Source: Monocercomonoides exilis PA203 (lineage: Eukaryota; Protista; Preaxostyla). Taken from it: DNA of 64,000 bases. Positions 1 to 10,732 of this stretch are shown here, one piece after another. Each line of letters starts with the position of its first letter. Position 1 is the stretch's first letter. The notes below the pieces were generated by a model, which did not search any database, had not been told where the DNA came from, and saw only the letters and a list, made by a program, of their open reading frames with translations. The position numbers and the translations under genes were made by a program. The DNA lies in NCBI GenBank assembly GCA_001643675.2, contig LSRY02000051.1, positions 124,001 through 188,000 of the forward strand, read 5' to 3'.

Positions 1-23
1 TGAAGTCAGCTGTTTCAAAGCAA

Positions 24-1397
24 TTGGACACTGCAAAAATATCTTCCCAATCTTCTGATTCCGTCAGAAAGTGGTTTGATGAACTTCCGCAGATTGTGAA
101 TGAGAAAGAAATAGTCCCATCAGGTATCTTAAATTTTGATGAAACTTCACTTCATCTGGGTGAGGATTCTTGCAAACTTGTGGTATGTCTGCAAAACCAG
201 AAACCTCCTTCGACTCCTTTTCCGAAAAAGACTTCTAATACAACATTGTGCTTATGTGCCTGCGCAGATGGCTCATGTTTGTCATCTTTTCTTCTTTGGC
301 CTGCGAAAAAAATTCCAGTGGAATTTCGTATGCTTTCATCGTTCAACATAAATTATATCTTCGCATCTTCAGGATGGATCACTTCAAAAATCTTCGAAAA
401 AATTATGCTTGATTATTGGCTTGATAATATTGAAAAAAAGATGAAAGATGGAGGAATGAAATTTGCATTGTTCCTGATGGACAACCATTCTTCCCACAAC
501 AGTGAAGCTGTTGAAATGGTTGCAAAAAAGAAAAACATCATCAGAAAAAAGTTTCCACCGAATTTTACTCATCTTCTACAACCGTGCGATAATTCAATTT
601 TTGCACGATTCAAGAAAACAATGGGTGATTCTTTTTGAAAAGTCACAAATCTTTAATTTTCAAATAAATCAAAAATTTCATATTTTGCTCAAATTTCTGT
701 TTCAGCTCACAAATCTCCTCAAGAATGAATGAAATTGTATTATCAAGATTTTGATTCCGTTTATGTTAAATTTGATATTTGTTAACAATATATTTTGCCA
801 AATATGATATTTTTAATTTATTTGAAAATTAAACATTTGTGACTTTTCAAAAAGAATCACCCATAAAATAATAGCTTCAAAGCTCCAACTGATCATTCTT
901 CTGCAGCGTTTCGCTCAGCCATCTTCGATATTCTTCCAGAAGCTCTTTCTGCTGTGGTCGCACCTTCAAATATTAAGCATGCATTCAGGCAGACGGGCGT
1001 TTGGCCGGTCAAAGCTACTCCGGTTCTTGAAAGAATAAGTGGAACACCTGAAAAGGAAGCATCATTGAATGACAATGAGAATAAAGAGCAGCTGTTTGGT
1101 AAATTTTCTCCAAAGAAAAAGAAAATTGAAGATGAAAAAAAAAGATATTGTGAAAATGAATCTATTCAAAAGATGAAAGAAAACAACTGTGCTTCCATTC
1201 TTCGAAAAGAAAAAAAGAAACAATCGAGAGAAGATTTATTGGATTTGAAAAGAAAAGAAAAGAAAGAAGAGAAAATGGAGAAAAGAAAAGAAAACAGTTG
1301 CAGGAGAAATAGCTACAAAATGAAATGGAAAAGAAAATGCATGAGGATTGATTATGACGACGACGCATATAATCAAAGAAAGATATCGAAGATATAA
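24..1397 (+). pseudogene. pogo-like DD35D transposase, interrupted by a MITE at 623-862
   Basis: Motifs NFDET, MDNHSSH and THLLQPCD (35 residues between the 2nd and 3rd Asp), plus CADG and GWIT. The sequence resumes after the insertion as SFKAPT...PSNIKHAFRQTGVWP. Confidence 0.9.
623..862. mobile_element. MITE family A, copy 1 (GGGTGAT...ATCACCC termini)
   Basis: GGGTGATTCTTTTTGAAAAGTCACAAAT at 623 is exactly inverted at 835-862, and imperfect arms continue inward. Flanks agaaaacaat / ataaaataat match 8/10 (possible 10-bp TSD). It truncates the transposase ORF. Confidence 0.85.
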
Positions 1398-2039
1398 CGA
1401 AAATTCTTCAGACAATTGTTCATTGGTTTGAACGACAAACAATTGCAACTCAATCAAATCCTTGAAAAGTGCATTTATCATGAAGAATATATTTTTTTAT
1501 TCGTTATTCATATAACAATTGTTTTCTCATTTCAGAAAAGTCCAACAAAATAGAAATAATTGAAGTTTATTAATTCGTATTAATGTTTGAGGCATAGAGT
1601 TTTGAATATAAGCAATTTTATTTGCGAACAAACACAAGTGGCATGGAAATATAAGAAACAAACAACAAATTCTAACTTTCAATTATACAAAGCCAAAAAG
1701 CAGTTAGAATTTCTTCTATGATTAAAACATATAACTCAATAAATATTGAAAGAACAGATATGATTTCAATTGATGTATGAATCATACCTGCTTTTATATT
1801 AGTTTGTATTGCGGAAATCATAGAGGAATACTTGTTTTGAATAAGTTTGAATGCAAATTTAAAAAAAGGCTTCTCCGGGTTTTTGAAAAATTCCCGGGTT
1901 TTTTAACGATGGTACACAAGATTTTTTGATCCTTATTTTATAAACATTACATATTTAGCAAAGCTAATGTGCTTTAACATTCAAACAAATTAAACATTAT
2001 AAAAACATAATATTTAAAAAATAAATACGATCATATGAT

Positions 2040-5000
2040 TCAATGCGAGAATAAATTAACAAATATGTTAGTAACTTGACAAAACTCAGATACAATATAA
2101 TCAAGAAGGGCTGTTAAATCAGGATGAAGCAAAGCTGCAATGCAAAGAGAATCGAAAAGAAATGGTTGCAGAACACGAGGATAAAATTTTGATTTGATTT
2201 TTATCTCTTTTTCTAGATGATCTGAAGTTTGCTCATAGAATGATATGTTTGTAAATGGGTCAAACAGAATATGAAATGAAAGGGTTTGCGCGAATAAAAG
2301 TGTAAATGTTGTTGGAGAAAGCTTGAATTGATCCAACGAATGATTTGATTGCAACAAATCTGAACGTTTCATGTCAGACTGAATGTTCTGTTTCTCTTTC
2401 TTGATACTTGAATTAACAGTTGTTGCTTTGCTGTCTTTCAGATCTTGGGAAGTGCGAGACATTGAAAAGTGAGAATGTGAAGAAGAAAGATTGTTGGACG
2501 TTGTAAAATTAATATTTGATTGCTCATGATGAGCATCAGGAGGAGAAAGAGGTTCCACAACTGCTTCCAAATCGAAGGAAATAATGATTTTTTTCAACTT
2601 AGAAACATTTATTTTTGGAGATGGTTGCATTGCTGTGCTTTCTTTCCCTTTTTGAGAAGAAACCGTCGCATTTTCGATTGATTGTTTTCGCATTTTGGGA
2701 GACTGAAGAAATTGCCCTTTACGTTTTCCCGCATTAAGTTCGTTGATGGGACTCTGCGTCTTTTCTGCTTTATCAATTTTTTTTATTTCTATTTTGTTTG
2801 ATGAAGAAGTTTTCGAATTTTCACTTGAAGAAAGTGATATTCCGGAGAAACAAGAAAACCACAATTTCAGCAAACGAAGTAAGGAAGCAATACTCAACAT
2901 AGCGGCTTCGCTAGCATCACGAAAAACAGCAGCAGACAACAAGCATTCAGAAAATGATTGCAGAAAAGTAGAATTGAGGAGGAAAAGCAAAGTTATTCCA
3001 AGTGAGTCGATTGGATTACCTGGACATCTCAATGAAGATTTGTCATATTCTTTGTGAGTGAAGCTTTTTCCATTCTGAGAATTGAAGTTCATGATTTGTC
3101 TTTTCATCTCGTTTTCAAAGCCAAGCAATAGATATGACACGACTTTTATAATTGAACCAACAGCAACAGAAGTATCCGGCGATGATTTCTCAAACAAGCG
3201 CAGACGTATTAAAGCTTTCTCGCACAATGGAGAGAAGGAGCCACTTTCAACAAACGAATACTGAACTCCCAGTTCTTTTCTATCAATAGAATTATCCACA
3301 CCAGAGGAAGCGGCTTGTTTTGATGCGCTTTTATCCAATTGGCGCAAAGATCCAACATCTTTATGCTCTCTTTGCCTTGTTGGAGTCTTTGCTTCTGCAG
3401 ATGCTATTTTCTGAGTCTTGCTTTTAATTCTTGGAGAGGTTAATAAAGAATGTGACTTTAATTTTGATGTTTTCTGTGCACATTCTGGAGTTAACGATAT
3501 TGTATCCTTTGCATCTGTGTCTAATTTTTCAGCAATCGAACTTTTGATGTTCTGTTCATCTACAACAATTGGCTTTTCAGATGAAACATCATTGATTGTA
3601 TCTTGATCTTTTATTCCGAAGAAATGAGTATGAAATGGAGTAATAAAAGAAGAAGGGCGCAACGAAGCAAGACGTTGAGGAGAGCTTGTAGAAAAAGATG
3701 GATTTTTATCTCTTACACTCATAAGATCATTGAACTGTGGAGATGTATTATTCAGTTGTGGAGGATGTGATGAATAAGACTGTGAAAGTGATTGAAGTGA
3801 AGGAGATGGATATTTATTGGTTTTCAGCAACATTCTCTGAAGGCGAATGAAAGACTGATAATCAGTATTTGACAGTGCTATTGTTCTTCTGTGAGAATCA
3901 TCAATTCCAGATATCTTCATGAAAAATGAAGATGGATGCTTTTCTGCTGATGAAGTTGGCTCACAACTTGAAATGTTTGATTCTTCATTCAACTCCAAGT
4001 GACTTATCCTTTCTTTTTCGCTTCTGTTTTCACCATCCTCATTCAACTCAGAACCTTCGGTGCTCCCTTCTCTCATTTTTGATTTCTGTTCAAGTGGCTC
4101 AGCTTCAGATGAATACAATCCAAGATATGAAGAAATATTTGCAATGGCATTCTTCACAGGCTCAGAGATCCACGAGGCATCAACAGCATACGAAGGCTGA
4201 AAAAGTGTACGACGCTGGAAGTCCTCAACTGATGGGAGAGATAAATAAGAAAGTGCACAGAAATGACGGAGAGAATTGCACAAAGCATTGAGAATTGCAA
4301 TCAGCGAATGATGAACAGGCATCTTTTCAGGCTCCTCTATCACATCTGCGGAATTGTCTGTCATCAGATTTGAGAACAGAGATGACGACATTGCTTCTTG
4401 AAGTTTCCTATCCGACTGCTCCAAAATTGATGTTTCTGCTTGTTTGGATTCAGCACATGCAATCTGTGTTGAATGATCCTCGCTGGCAAAGCAGGCAGAG
4501 ATTGTTCTGTAAAAAGAGTTAAATGCAGAAATAATATTTGATTTAGTGAGGTTTGTGAGCTGTGAAGAGAACATGCAAATACGATCAGAAAATGTAACAA
4601 TAGGATGCAAAGGAATAACAGGCGCCTTGATGTTATGAGGAGTGTCTGCTGCTAATGAAGTCTGTTTCAATAAAGCTGTTGAGTTATGCTCAGATGGGGT
4701 GGATGCAACGATAGATGAAGCAGAAGATTCATCTCCTGCAGAGGATGAAGATGAATTGTTTTCACCAATTCCAAAATCTGTTTTTGGTGTCATTTGAACA
4801 TTTCCGCGGCGGAGTTTTGGAGAAACAAGCGAACGTGATCGAAGAACAGAGAAGTTCTGAGGATCGACAATTTGAGGTGAAGATGGCTGTGGATCATAAG
4901 ACAATGAGAAAGCATCTGATTCATCAATAAGACGAGAGATAGAACCAGAAGTTTGCTGCGCATTGCTAAAATTATCCGTTTCGCTTTGATTCAACTTGTC

Positions 5001-8000
5001 TGGGAATACAGCATTTGAAGTATCCTCAGCTACATTAGAATTTGTTGTTATGGACATCAATGATTCTATTGCCGCCTTTAAATCTGCTGATGCTGATTGC
5101 TCGTCTGCATTCGCTGTGCTTTCGTCTCTGCTGTCTGAAAGCTTATCTTCACTAATTGGAAGTGCTTTTTTCTTCCCTTTCGCATCGCAGCACACATCAG
5201 AAGGCAAATCAATGCAAGCTTCATTTGATGAACAATTAGATGTGTCGACTTGAGATGCATCCTGCTGCTGCACAAGATCTGTGGAAGAAGATTTTGTTGG
5301 TATCGAATCCACAGAATTGTCAGAAGAAGCTTTCAGAGGTGACATTGCTGTTGCACTTTCACCTCTTTCATTGCATTCATTTGTTGTTTCTTGATTTGCA
5401 GTAAATGGTCCATTCATAGAAGAAGTTGTGTCTTTAACAAGATTTTCTTTTAATTCAGAAAGTGCATTCATTTCATCATTTGCAGGTAAGAAAAGAGGAT
5501 GTGTCTGGAAACACTGCAAAGTTGTGCAAATTGCATCCAATAATGATGAGGCAAGCGTGTTCGAAGAGCATTTTTCCTCATCACAAGAATTATGAATAGT
5601 ATCTTCAGTACCAGGTGTTGACGACGGATTACCCTTTTCACTGCTTTTTTCTGCTTTGCTTTTCTCTGAATTTTTGTCTGAGCTGTCATTCAAACATTGG
5701 TCGCTGCTGCATTCGTTGGCTGTCTTGTTGATCAATGCAGCGGAAGAGCCTCTGAAGAAAAGGGAGAGAATATTCGAAGCAGAGCAAAGTAGCAAAGAAA
5801 GAGTTTGTGCCAATATGTTCACCATCGGGGCAGACAGCCGGAGAGGAATGGGTGGAGTGTCAGTTGAAAGATAGTTTGGAGAACGTGCCTGTGAACGAGG
5901 AAGAGTAAAGCTTTGGAGAGAATGTGCAGTTTGCAGTGCTTCTTCCGACAGTTCTTGTTCGGATGCTTGCTTGCCATCAATTTTATTGGTTAATTCTTCC
6001 ATTTCTGAATCATTATGCTGAGTGTTCATACCAAATGGAAGTATGTTCCTATGAAGATTCTTATTGTTGTTCAAAAGAGTTATCGCAAGTTTTATTATCC
6101 TGTCGCAAGATGCCCGATCAGAAAAGACCAGCTCCAATGGGAATTCCGAAAGAAGCGAAACAAACATTGACAGTGCCGTTGAAAATGACACAAACGATGA
6201 GAAATCGTGTGTGAGCAATGCAGATCTGGATGAATGAACATAACTTGTTTCGGAAGAAGAAGAAGAAGAAGCAGAAGCAGAAGCAGATTCACATGTTGGC
6301 AGATGACACTCTTCGGAATCACCTTCACAAACTGTCCAATATTTGGTGCCATTCACAACTTCAGCAGCAATAAGTTCACAGACATCCAGAACAGCACTCA
6401 GACACAAAGACAGCTGATCTTCAGAACGTGATGAAGATGTACAATGAGAAGAAGAGCAGAGCGACTTTTCTGAAACAAGTGATGAAGAGGAAGAGACAGA
6501 AACTGAAGCTGATGCAGATGATAAAGAAGACGCAGACTCAGAAGCAGCAGCAGCAGCAGCAGAAGAAGAAGAAGAAGAAGATGATGATGATGATGAAACA
6601 TGTATGAAGAATCTCAGCGTCATAACTGCATCCAACACAAAGCGCAAAAAGAGCTGAGAGCAAGGTGAATATAACAATGCGGATGTCAGTGATGGCCGTT
6701 TTTGAGGCGAGCCAGTCTCATCAAATGGTGCAGCTGTCAAATTGAACGGAAGCGCCCTGCTTCGTTTTTTCTGCTGCTTTTCGGAGATTCTCTGCTGATT
6801 CCGCTCGTTCTGCTCTGCGACAGCAGACGAGGTGAATAAAAAGGGAGAAGACGCCGACATTTCACTGGCAAATGGAGAAGAGCCTGAGAACGACAATGTT
6901 TGAGAAGAGAAGGACTGGATGGTGCGTGTTGGAGACTCAACAATTGGCAGCCTAAATTGTAAATGCAGAGTGCCAAAGGGAACAAGCGATGCCTCCGAAT
7001 GAATGATTGCACTGCGAGAATTCAAAGCAGATGCAGCTGATGAAGATGAAGAGGAGGAAGCAGACGGGAAGGGAGACGCAGGAGGAAGATAAAAGCGAAC
7101 TGTCTCGGCTGATTCAGCTGAGTCAGACAAATTTGTGGGCTCGTCAACTTCTGTGCGGATGTGGAGCTTTTGCTGCTTAACTGGAGAAGAAGTGAAGTTG
7201 AATGAAAGAGGACGAGATGAATAGAAATTGGTGGCAGATGTATCAGAATAGGTTTTAGCATCTATTGTTCCACTTAACGGAGCATTCACATCAAAAGTAT
7301 CATCAAAAGCAGGCAGCATATCCATTTCATCCACTTCATCAATTTCAGCTCCAAACAGATAATCGTCTGTGACAGAAGCATCGTCTCTCTCAAAGAGATC
7401 TTCCTCTTTGAACTTTCCATCCATCCTTGCCTTTGTCTCTTTAGCGTCTTTTCCGCCTGTTCGTCTGCTCTGCTCCTTCGCCAACTCAACTTCTTCTTTG
7501 TGTCTCCGCCGCTCTGCTTTCTTCTCTGCCTCTTCTTCGCGTGCTGCCAGAATCCACTTCCTCTGCTTTCTCCTCCACTTCCTCTGCCTCCGCTGCTGGC
7601 TCTCCCACTCTGCAGACACCAACATGCCCCAGAGCTCTCCCTCTGCACACTGCTGCACGATGTTCATCAGATGCCAGTGGAAGTTCTTAATCTCGCTGGA
7701 CATCACACGGCATTGCACACAGCACGATGTGCTCCCCACTTTAATATCTTCTTTGTTTTCTTTGTTTTCTTTGCCTTCATTTTCTTTTTTGTCTTCTCTG
7801 TGAATCGGGTGGATGCCAATTCGACACATCGACGTGGACAGTGCAAGCGAAGTCCGCTCGATGTGAGTGGATAGAAGAGATTCTGTCTCAAACGGAGAAG
7901 ACAACACGCTCTGCACAAAACACGTTGACGAGACAGGAGGAAAGTTAGACGATGAATACAACGCTGATGAAGTGGATGGATAAAGCGGATTAGCCAGTTT

Positions 8001-10532
8001 GGGGCAGACTTCAACATCGTCTTCTTTGTCTTCTGCTCTTTCTGCTTCTTTTTCTTTTCTCCTTTTGTTTTCTTTGTCTTCCTCGCTTTCATCAAGAATT
8101 CTTGCTTTTCTCTTCTTTTCTGTCTCTTCTTTCTGCATCTGCCTCTTTTCTGCTCTTTCTCTCTTCCTTTTATCTCTTTTTTGGCTTCTCGTATGCTTTT
8201 CCTTTGAACGCTGCATCAAACAGTAATCACAGCTGAAGAATGAACGAAGGGACACAATCAAAAAGAACAGCGAAGCATCTGCTGGTGAAAGAGAGCGTAT
8301 TTTTGATGTTCCTTCTTCATTGTCTGGCTGGGCATCACATTTGCATCTATCATCCATTCCCTCTTCAGCTGCATTTGGAGTAATCAGAGACAGCAGAAGT
8401 GCCAGCAGCATTTCAGTCTGAGGAGGAAGTGAAGTGAATGAAGACGAAGACGAAGACGGAGACGGGCACTGTGAAATGAGCGACCGGCGCAGTATTCGAA
8501 GGAGAGAGACAGCTGCTGGGCGTATCAGCGATGTCGCAAAGGAGGTGTTTGAATGCTCTGAGGCTGATCTGCTTTCCTCTTCCAGCTGCTTTTGCTGTGA
8601 GATGCCTCGCACAAAGTGGAGGACTCCATCAACCAGCAGTGGCAGAAGAGACTGAGCAGTTGGTATTTCAGCCAATGGAGAAGAAGAGACAGGAAGTGGA
8701 GTGATTGTGCGATCTAGAAGAAGGAGAATGTTTGCGAGCAGCGGAAGAGACGAAGGAAAGGCAAAGAGAAGCGATGGGACCACATTCAGCACATCTGCCA
8801 CAGCAACAAGAGAGCCCAGCGAAGAAGAAGGGGCGGAGGGAAATAGAGATTCTGGTGTGATGGTTGGGATGGGCTCAGAAAGAGAGAGGACAGCCTGTGA
8901 GTCGATGTGAAGGACGCTCTGCATGTCGAACGGGAGAAGATAAAGAGACGAAATCCACCTCAGAATTTTCGAGCTCAAAAGAGGGAACATCGAGAAGGAC
9001 AGAAACACCAGCGCAGACGCCAGGAGCTTCTGCAGGCTGTGCTTCGGCAGCAGGACGAGCTGAAGATTGTCGACGATAAAAAGAGCCTCAACAGTCAAGT
9101 TGAGCAGCTTCACAACACATCGCGGGACAGCCACGCCGCATACAACCTCTGCAGCCATCAGGCGCTTGACGGCGTGTGCTTCTCTCTTTCTTCTCTCCTT
9201 CTGCGCATCGGTGACTGAGACGTGTGTCATCTGCGTCTGCGAAAGAAGGCTCCGCGAATACATCGAAGGCGAACGGCAGGGCGAAGCGAACGAGTTGTCG
9301 AGAGGAGAAAAGGGGGAGGAGCACAAAGGAGACTGAGTAGACCGGCGAGAAGGTGTGGAGGCTGGTGAGGGAGACATCATCGTCTGGACATATGAGAATG
9401 CTGATCCTTTTGGCGAGCGCTGAAGACACTCGAACTTCGAATCGTCTGAAATGGAGCTTGCAAACGGTGATTTGATGGATTCTGCAGCTGATGACAGAGG
9501 CGTTGGAATGTCTCCTGGTGAAACTGGCGATGCTGAATTTTGTGATGTAGATGCACCTTTCTTTACCTTTTTGAGCTTTTCTCGATCATCTTTAATAAAT
9601 CCGAGTCGTTTTAAAACTTCAACAAGTGTTTTGTTGGATTTGCTGATTGGAGAGGCATTTTGGTTTTGATTTGTTTGATTTCCTTGCTTCCGCTTTTCCT
9701 TTTCGATATCTGCTTTTCCTTTAATTTCTCCTTTCTGTTTTTTCCGCTCTTCCTCCATAACTTGTATGATTGTGTCGCTTCCTTCATTTACACATACATC
9801 AAGCAGCCTAACTATATCACTAAATTGCTGGATCAAATCAGTTTTTGAAATATCAAAAAATGGATTTCGTTTTTCTGGAATTCTTTCCACTTGAGGAATC
9901 AAAGTTGGCTGAGTGAATGGAGAATGAATTGGCGAAGGTATTTTTGGAGAAGGTTTAACTCGAAGTTGAGTTTGTTCCACTTGGACGGGCTGATCTTCAG
10001 TATCCGCATTATTTATAAATGGAGAATGCGAACATTCATCAGCTTCAATAATTGGATCGATTGACTGAGGATCTTCCATTGGAGATGGCAGAAGAGGAGA
10101 AAGTGGAATTTCAGGAGGAAGAGTAGGTGTTGTGAAAGTTAACAAAGGCGGAGAATATGGCGATGGAGGCGGCAAAGGGGAACCTGGAATGAGATGAAGA
10201 CTGCTGTGAGTTGATGAAGGAGTTAGTGAAGGAGTTTTGCTTGGTGAAAGAATTGGTGGAGTTTGAAGTACTTCTTGCATTTTTCGATGAATTTCTTCAA
10301 GAATTTCTTGACCAGAATCATCTTGTTGATCGTCTTCTTGGCATGTTTGTAAGGAATCAAGAGTAAGAAAAGGACGATGGGATTTTAATGGACTTACAGA
10401 ATCGTGCTTTTCTTGTTGTTCAAGAGTTTCATCCAAGCACAATCCTTCATCCATTTGCTCAGATTCTGATGGTTGATTTTGTTGAGAATTATTAGATTGC
10501 GATGAACCCTCCGGCGATGAGGGCGAAATCAT
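2040..10532 (-). CDS. Hypothetical 2830-aa protein with Ser/Pro-rich and Glu/Lys-rich low-complexity tracts and Leu-rich helical segments
   Basis: Uninterrupted 8.5-kb ORF with coding-like GC content and AT-rich flanks. No domain recognised. Confidence 0.85.
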   Translation of the reverse strand: MISPSSPEGSSQSNNSQQNQPSESEQMDEGLCLDETLEQQEKHDSVSPLKSHRPFLTLDSLQTCQEDDQQDDSGQEILEEIHRKMQEVLQTPPILSPSKTPSLTPSSTHSSLHLIPGSPLPPPSPYSPPLLTFTTPTLPPEIPLSPLLPSPMEDPQSIDPIIEADECSHSPFINNADTEDQPVQVEQTQLRVKPSPKIPSPIHSPFTQPTLIPQVERIPEKRNPFFDISKTDLIQQFSDIVRLLDVCVNEGSDTIIQVMEEERKKQKGEIKGKADIEKEKRKQGNQTNQNQNASPISKSNKTLVEVLKRLGFIKDDREKLKKVKKGASTSQNSASPVSPGDIPTPLSSAAESIKSPFASSISDDSKFECLQRSPKGSAFSYVQTMMSPSPASTPSRRSTQSPLCSSPFSPLDNSFASPCRSPSMYSRSLLSQTQMTHVSVTDAQKERRKREAHAVKRLMAAEVVCGVAVPRCVVKLLNLTVEALFIVDNLQLVLLPKHSLQKLLASALVFLSFSMFPLLSSKILRWISSLYLLPFDMQSVLHIDSQAVLSLSEPIPTITPESLFPSAPSSSLGSLVAVADVLNVVPSLLFAFPSSLPLLANILLLLDRTITPLPVSSSPLAEIPTAQSLLPLLVDGVLHFVRGISQQKQLEEESRSASEHSNTSFATSLIRPAAVSLLRILRRSLISQCPSPSSSSSSFTSLPPQTEMLLALLLSLITPNAAEEGMDDRCKCDAQPDNEEGTSKIRSLSPADASLFFLIVSLRSFFSCDYCLMQRSKEKHTRSQKRDKRKRERAEKRQMQKEETEKKRKARILDESEEDKENKRRKEKEAERAEDKEDDVEVCPKLANPLYPSTSSALYSSSNFPPVSSTCFVQSVLSSPFETESLLSTHIERTSLALSTSMCRIGIHPIHREDKKENEGKENKENKEDIKVGSTSCCVQCRVMSSEIKNFHWHLMNIVQQCAEGELWGMLVSAEWESQQRRQRKWRRKQRKWILAAREEEAEKKAERRRHKEEVELAKEQSRRTGGKDAKETKARMDGKFKEEDLFERDDASVTDDYLFGAEIDEVDEMDMLPAFDDTFDVNAPLSGTIDAKTYSDTSATNFYSSRPLSFNFTSSPVKQQKLHIRTEVDEPTNLSDSAESAETVRFYLPPASPFPSASSSSSSSAASALNSRSAIIHSEASLVPFGTLHLQFRLPIVESPTRTIQSFSSQTLSFSGSSPFASEMSASSPFLFTSSAVAEQNERNQQRISEKQQKKRSRALPFNLTAAPFDETGSPQKRPSLTSALLYSPCSQLFLRFVLDAVMTLRFFIHVSSSSSSSSSSSSAAAAAASESASSLSSASASVSVSSSSSLVSEKSLCSSSHCTSSSRSEDQLSLCLSAVLDVCELIAAEVVNGTKYWTVCEGDSEECHLPTCESASASASSSSSSETSYVHSSRSALLTHDFSSFVSFSTALSMFVSLLSEFPLELVFSDRASCDRIIKLAITLLNNNKNLHRNILPFGMNTQHNDSEMEELTNKIDGKQASEQELSEEALQTAHSLQSFTLPRSQARSPNYLSTDTPPIPLRLSAPMVNILAQTLSLLLCSASNILSLFFRGSSAALINKTANECSSDQCLNDSSDKNSEKSKAEKSSEKGNPSSTPGTEDTIHNSCDEEKCSSNTLASSLLDAICTTLQCFQTHPLFLPANDEMNALSELKENLVKDTTSSMNGPFTANQETTNECNERGESATAMSPLKASSDNSVDSIPTKSSSTDLVQQQDASQVDTSNCSSNEACIDLPSDVCCDAKGKKKALPISEDKLSDSRDESTANADEQSASADLKAAIESLMSITTNSNVAEDTSNAVFPDKLNQSETDNFSNAQQTSGSISRLIDESDAFSLSYDPQPSSPQIVDPQNFSVLRSRSLVSPKLRRGNVQMTPKTDFGIGENNSSSSSAGDESSASSIVASTPSEHNSTALLKQTSLAADTPHNIKAPVIPLHPIVTFSDRICMFSSQLTNLTKSNIISAFNSFYRTISACFASEDHSTQIACAESKQAETSILEQSDRKLQEAMSSSLFSNLMTDNSADVIEEPEKMPVHHSLIAILNALCNSLRHFCALSYLSLPSVEDFQRRTLFQPSYAVDASWISEPVKNAIANISSYLGLYSSEAEPLEQKSKMREGSTEGSELNEDGENRSEKERISHLELNEESNISSCEPTSSAEKHPSSFFMKISGIDDSHRRTIALSNTDYQSFIRLQRMLLKTNKYPSPSLQSLSQSYSSHPPQLNNTSPQFNDLMSVRDKNPSFSTSSPQRLASLRPSSFITPFHTHFFGIKDQDTINDVSSEKPIVVDEQNIKSSIAEKLDTDAKDTISLTPECAQKTSKLKSHSLLTSPRIKSKTQKIASAEAKTPTRQREHKDVGSLRQLDKSASKQAASSGVDNSIDRKELGVQYSFVESGSFSPLCEKALIRLRLFEKSSPDTSVAVGSIIKVVSYLLLGFENEMKRQIMNFNSQNGKSFTHKEYDKSSLRCPGNPIDSLGITLLFLLNSTFLQSFSECLLSAAVFRDASEAAMLSIASLLRLLKLWFSCFSGISLSSSENSKTSSSNKIEIKKIDKAEKTQSPINELNAGKRKGQFLQSPKMRKQSIENATVSSQKGKESTAMQPSPKINVSKLKKIIISFDLEAVVEPLSPPDAHHEQSNINFTTSNNLSSSHSHFSMSRTSQDLKDSKATTVNSSIKKEKQNIQSDMKRSDLLQSNHSLDQFKLSPTTFTLLFAQTLSFHILFDPFTNISFYEQTSDHLEKEIKIKSKFYPRVLQPFLFDSLCIAALLHPDLTALLDYIVSEFCQVTNIFVNLFSH

Positions 10533-10732
10533 TTAAAGAAATGATCAATATTTACCATCATACGAAAAATTCATTTTCAAAAAAATATTTTATTATCCAA
10601 GAAGTGCAAAATATGTTGGAAAAAATTGTTGATTTTTTTTACAAAGATTTTATTCTGAAAAATTTTCAATATATAACAAAATTCTTTCAAAAATTTTGGA
10701 ACATTTGGAGATTCCGCGTTATTACAGCACAA
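10533..10732. promoter_or_regulatory. Probable bidirectional promoter region (200 bp)
   Basis: Divergent ATGs at 10532 (-) and 10733 (+) separated by very AT-rich sequence. Confidence 0.5.

Larger units (their letters stand above)
1..1912 (+). mobile_element. pogo-superfamily (Tc1/mariner-related) DNA transposon, right part; left end lies outside the window
   Basis: DDE_1-type transposase remnant followed by a terminus at 1868-1912. Its reverse complement, CCATCGTTAAAAAACCCGGGAATTTTTCAAAAACCCGGAGAAGCC, has two AAACCCGG sub-repeats. TA follows at 1913-1914. Confidence 0.8.
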
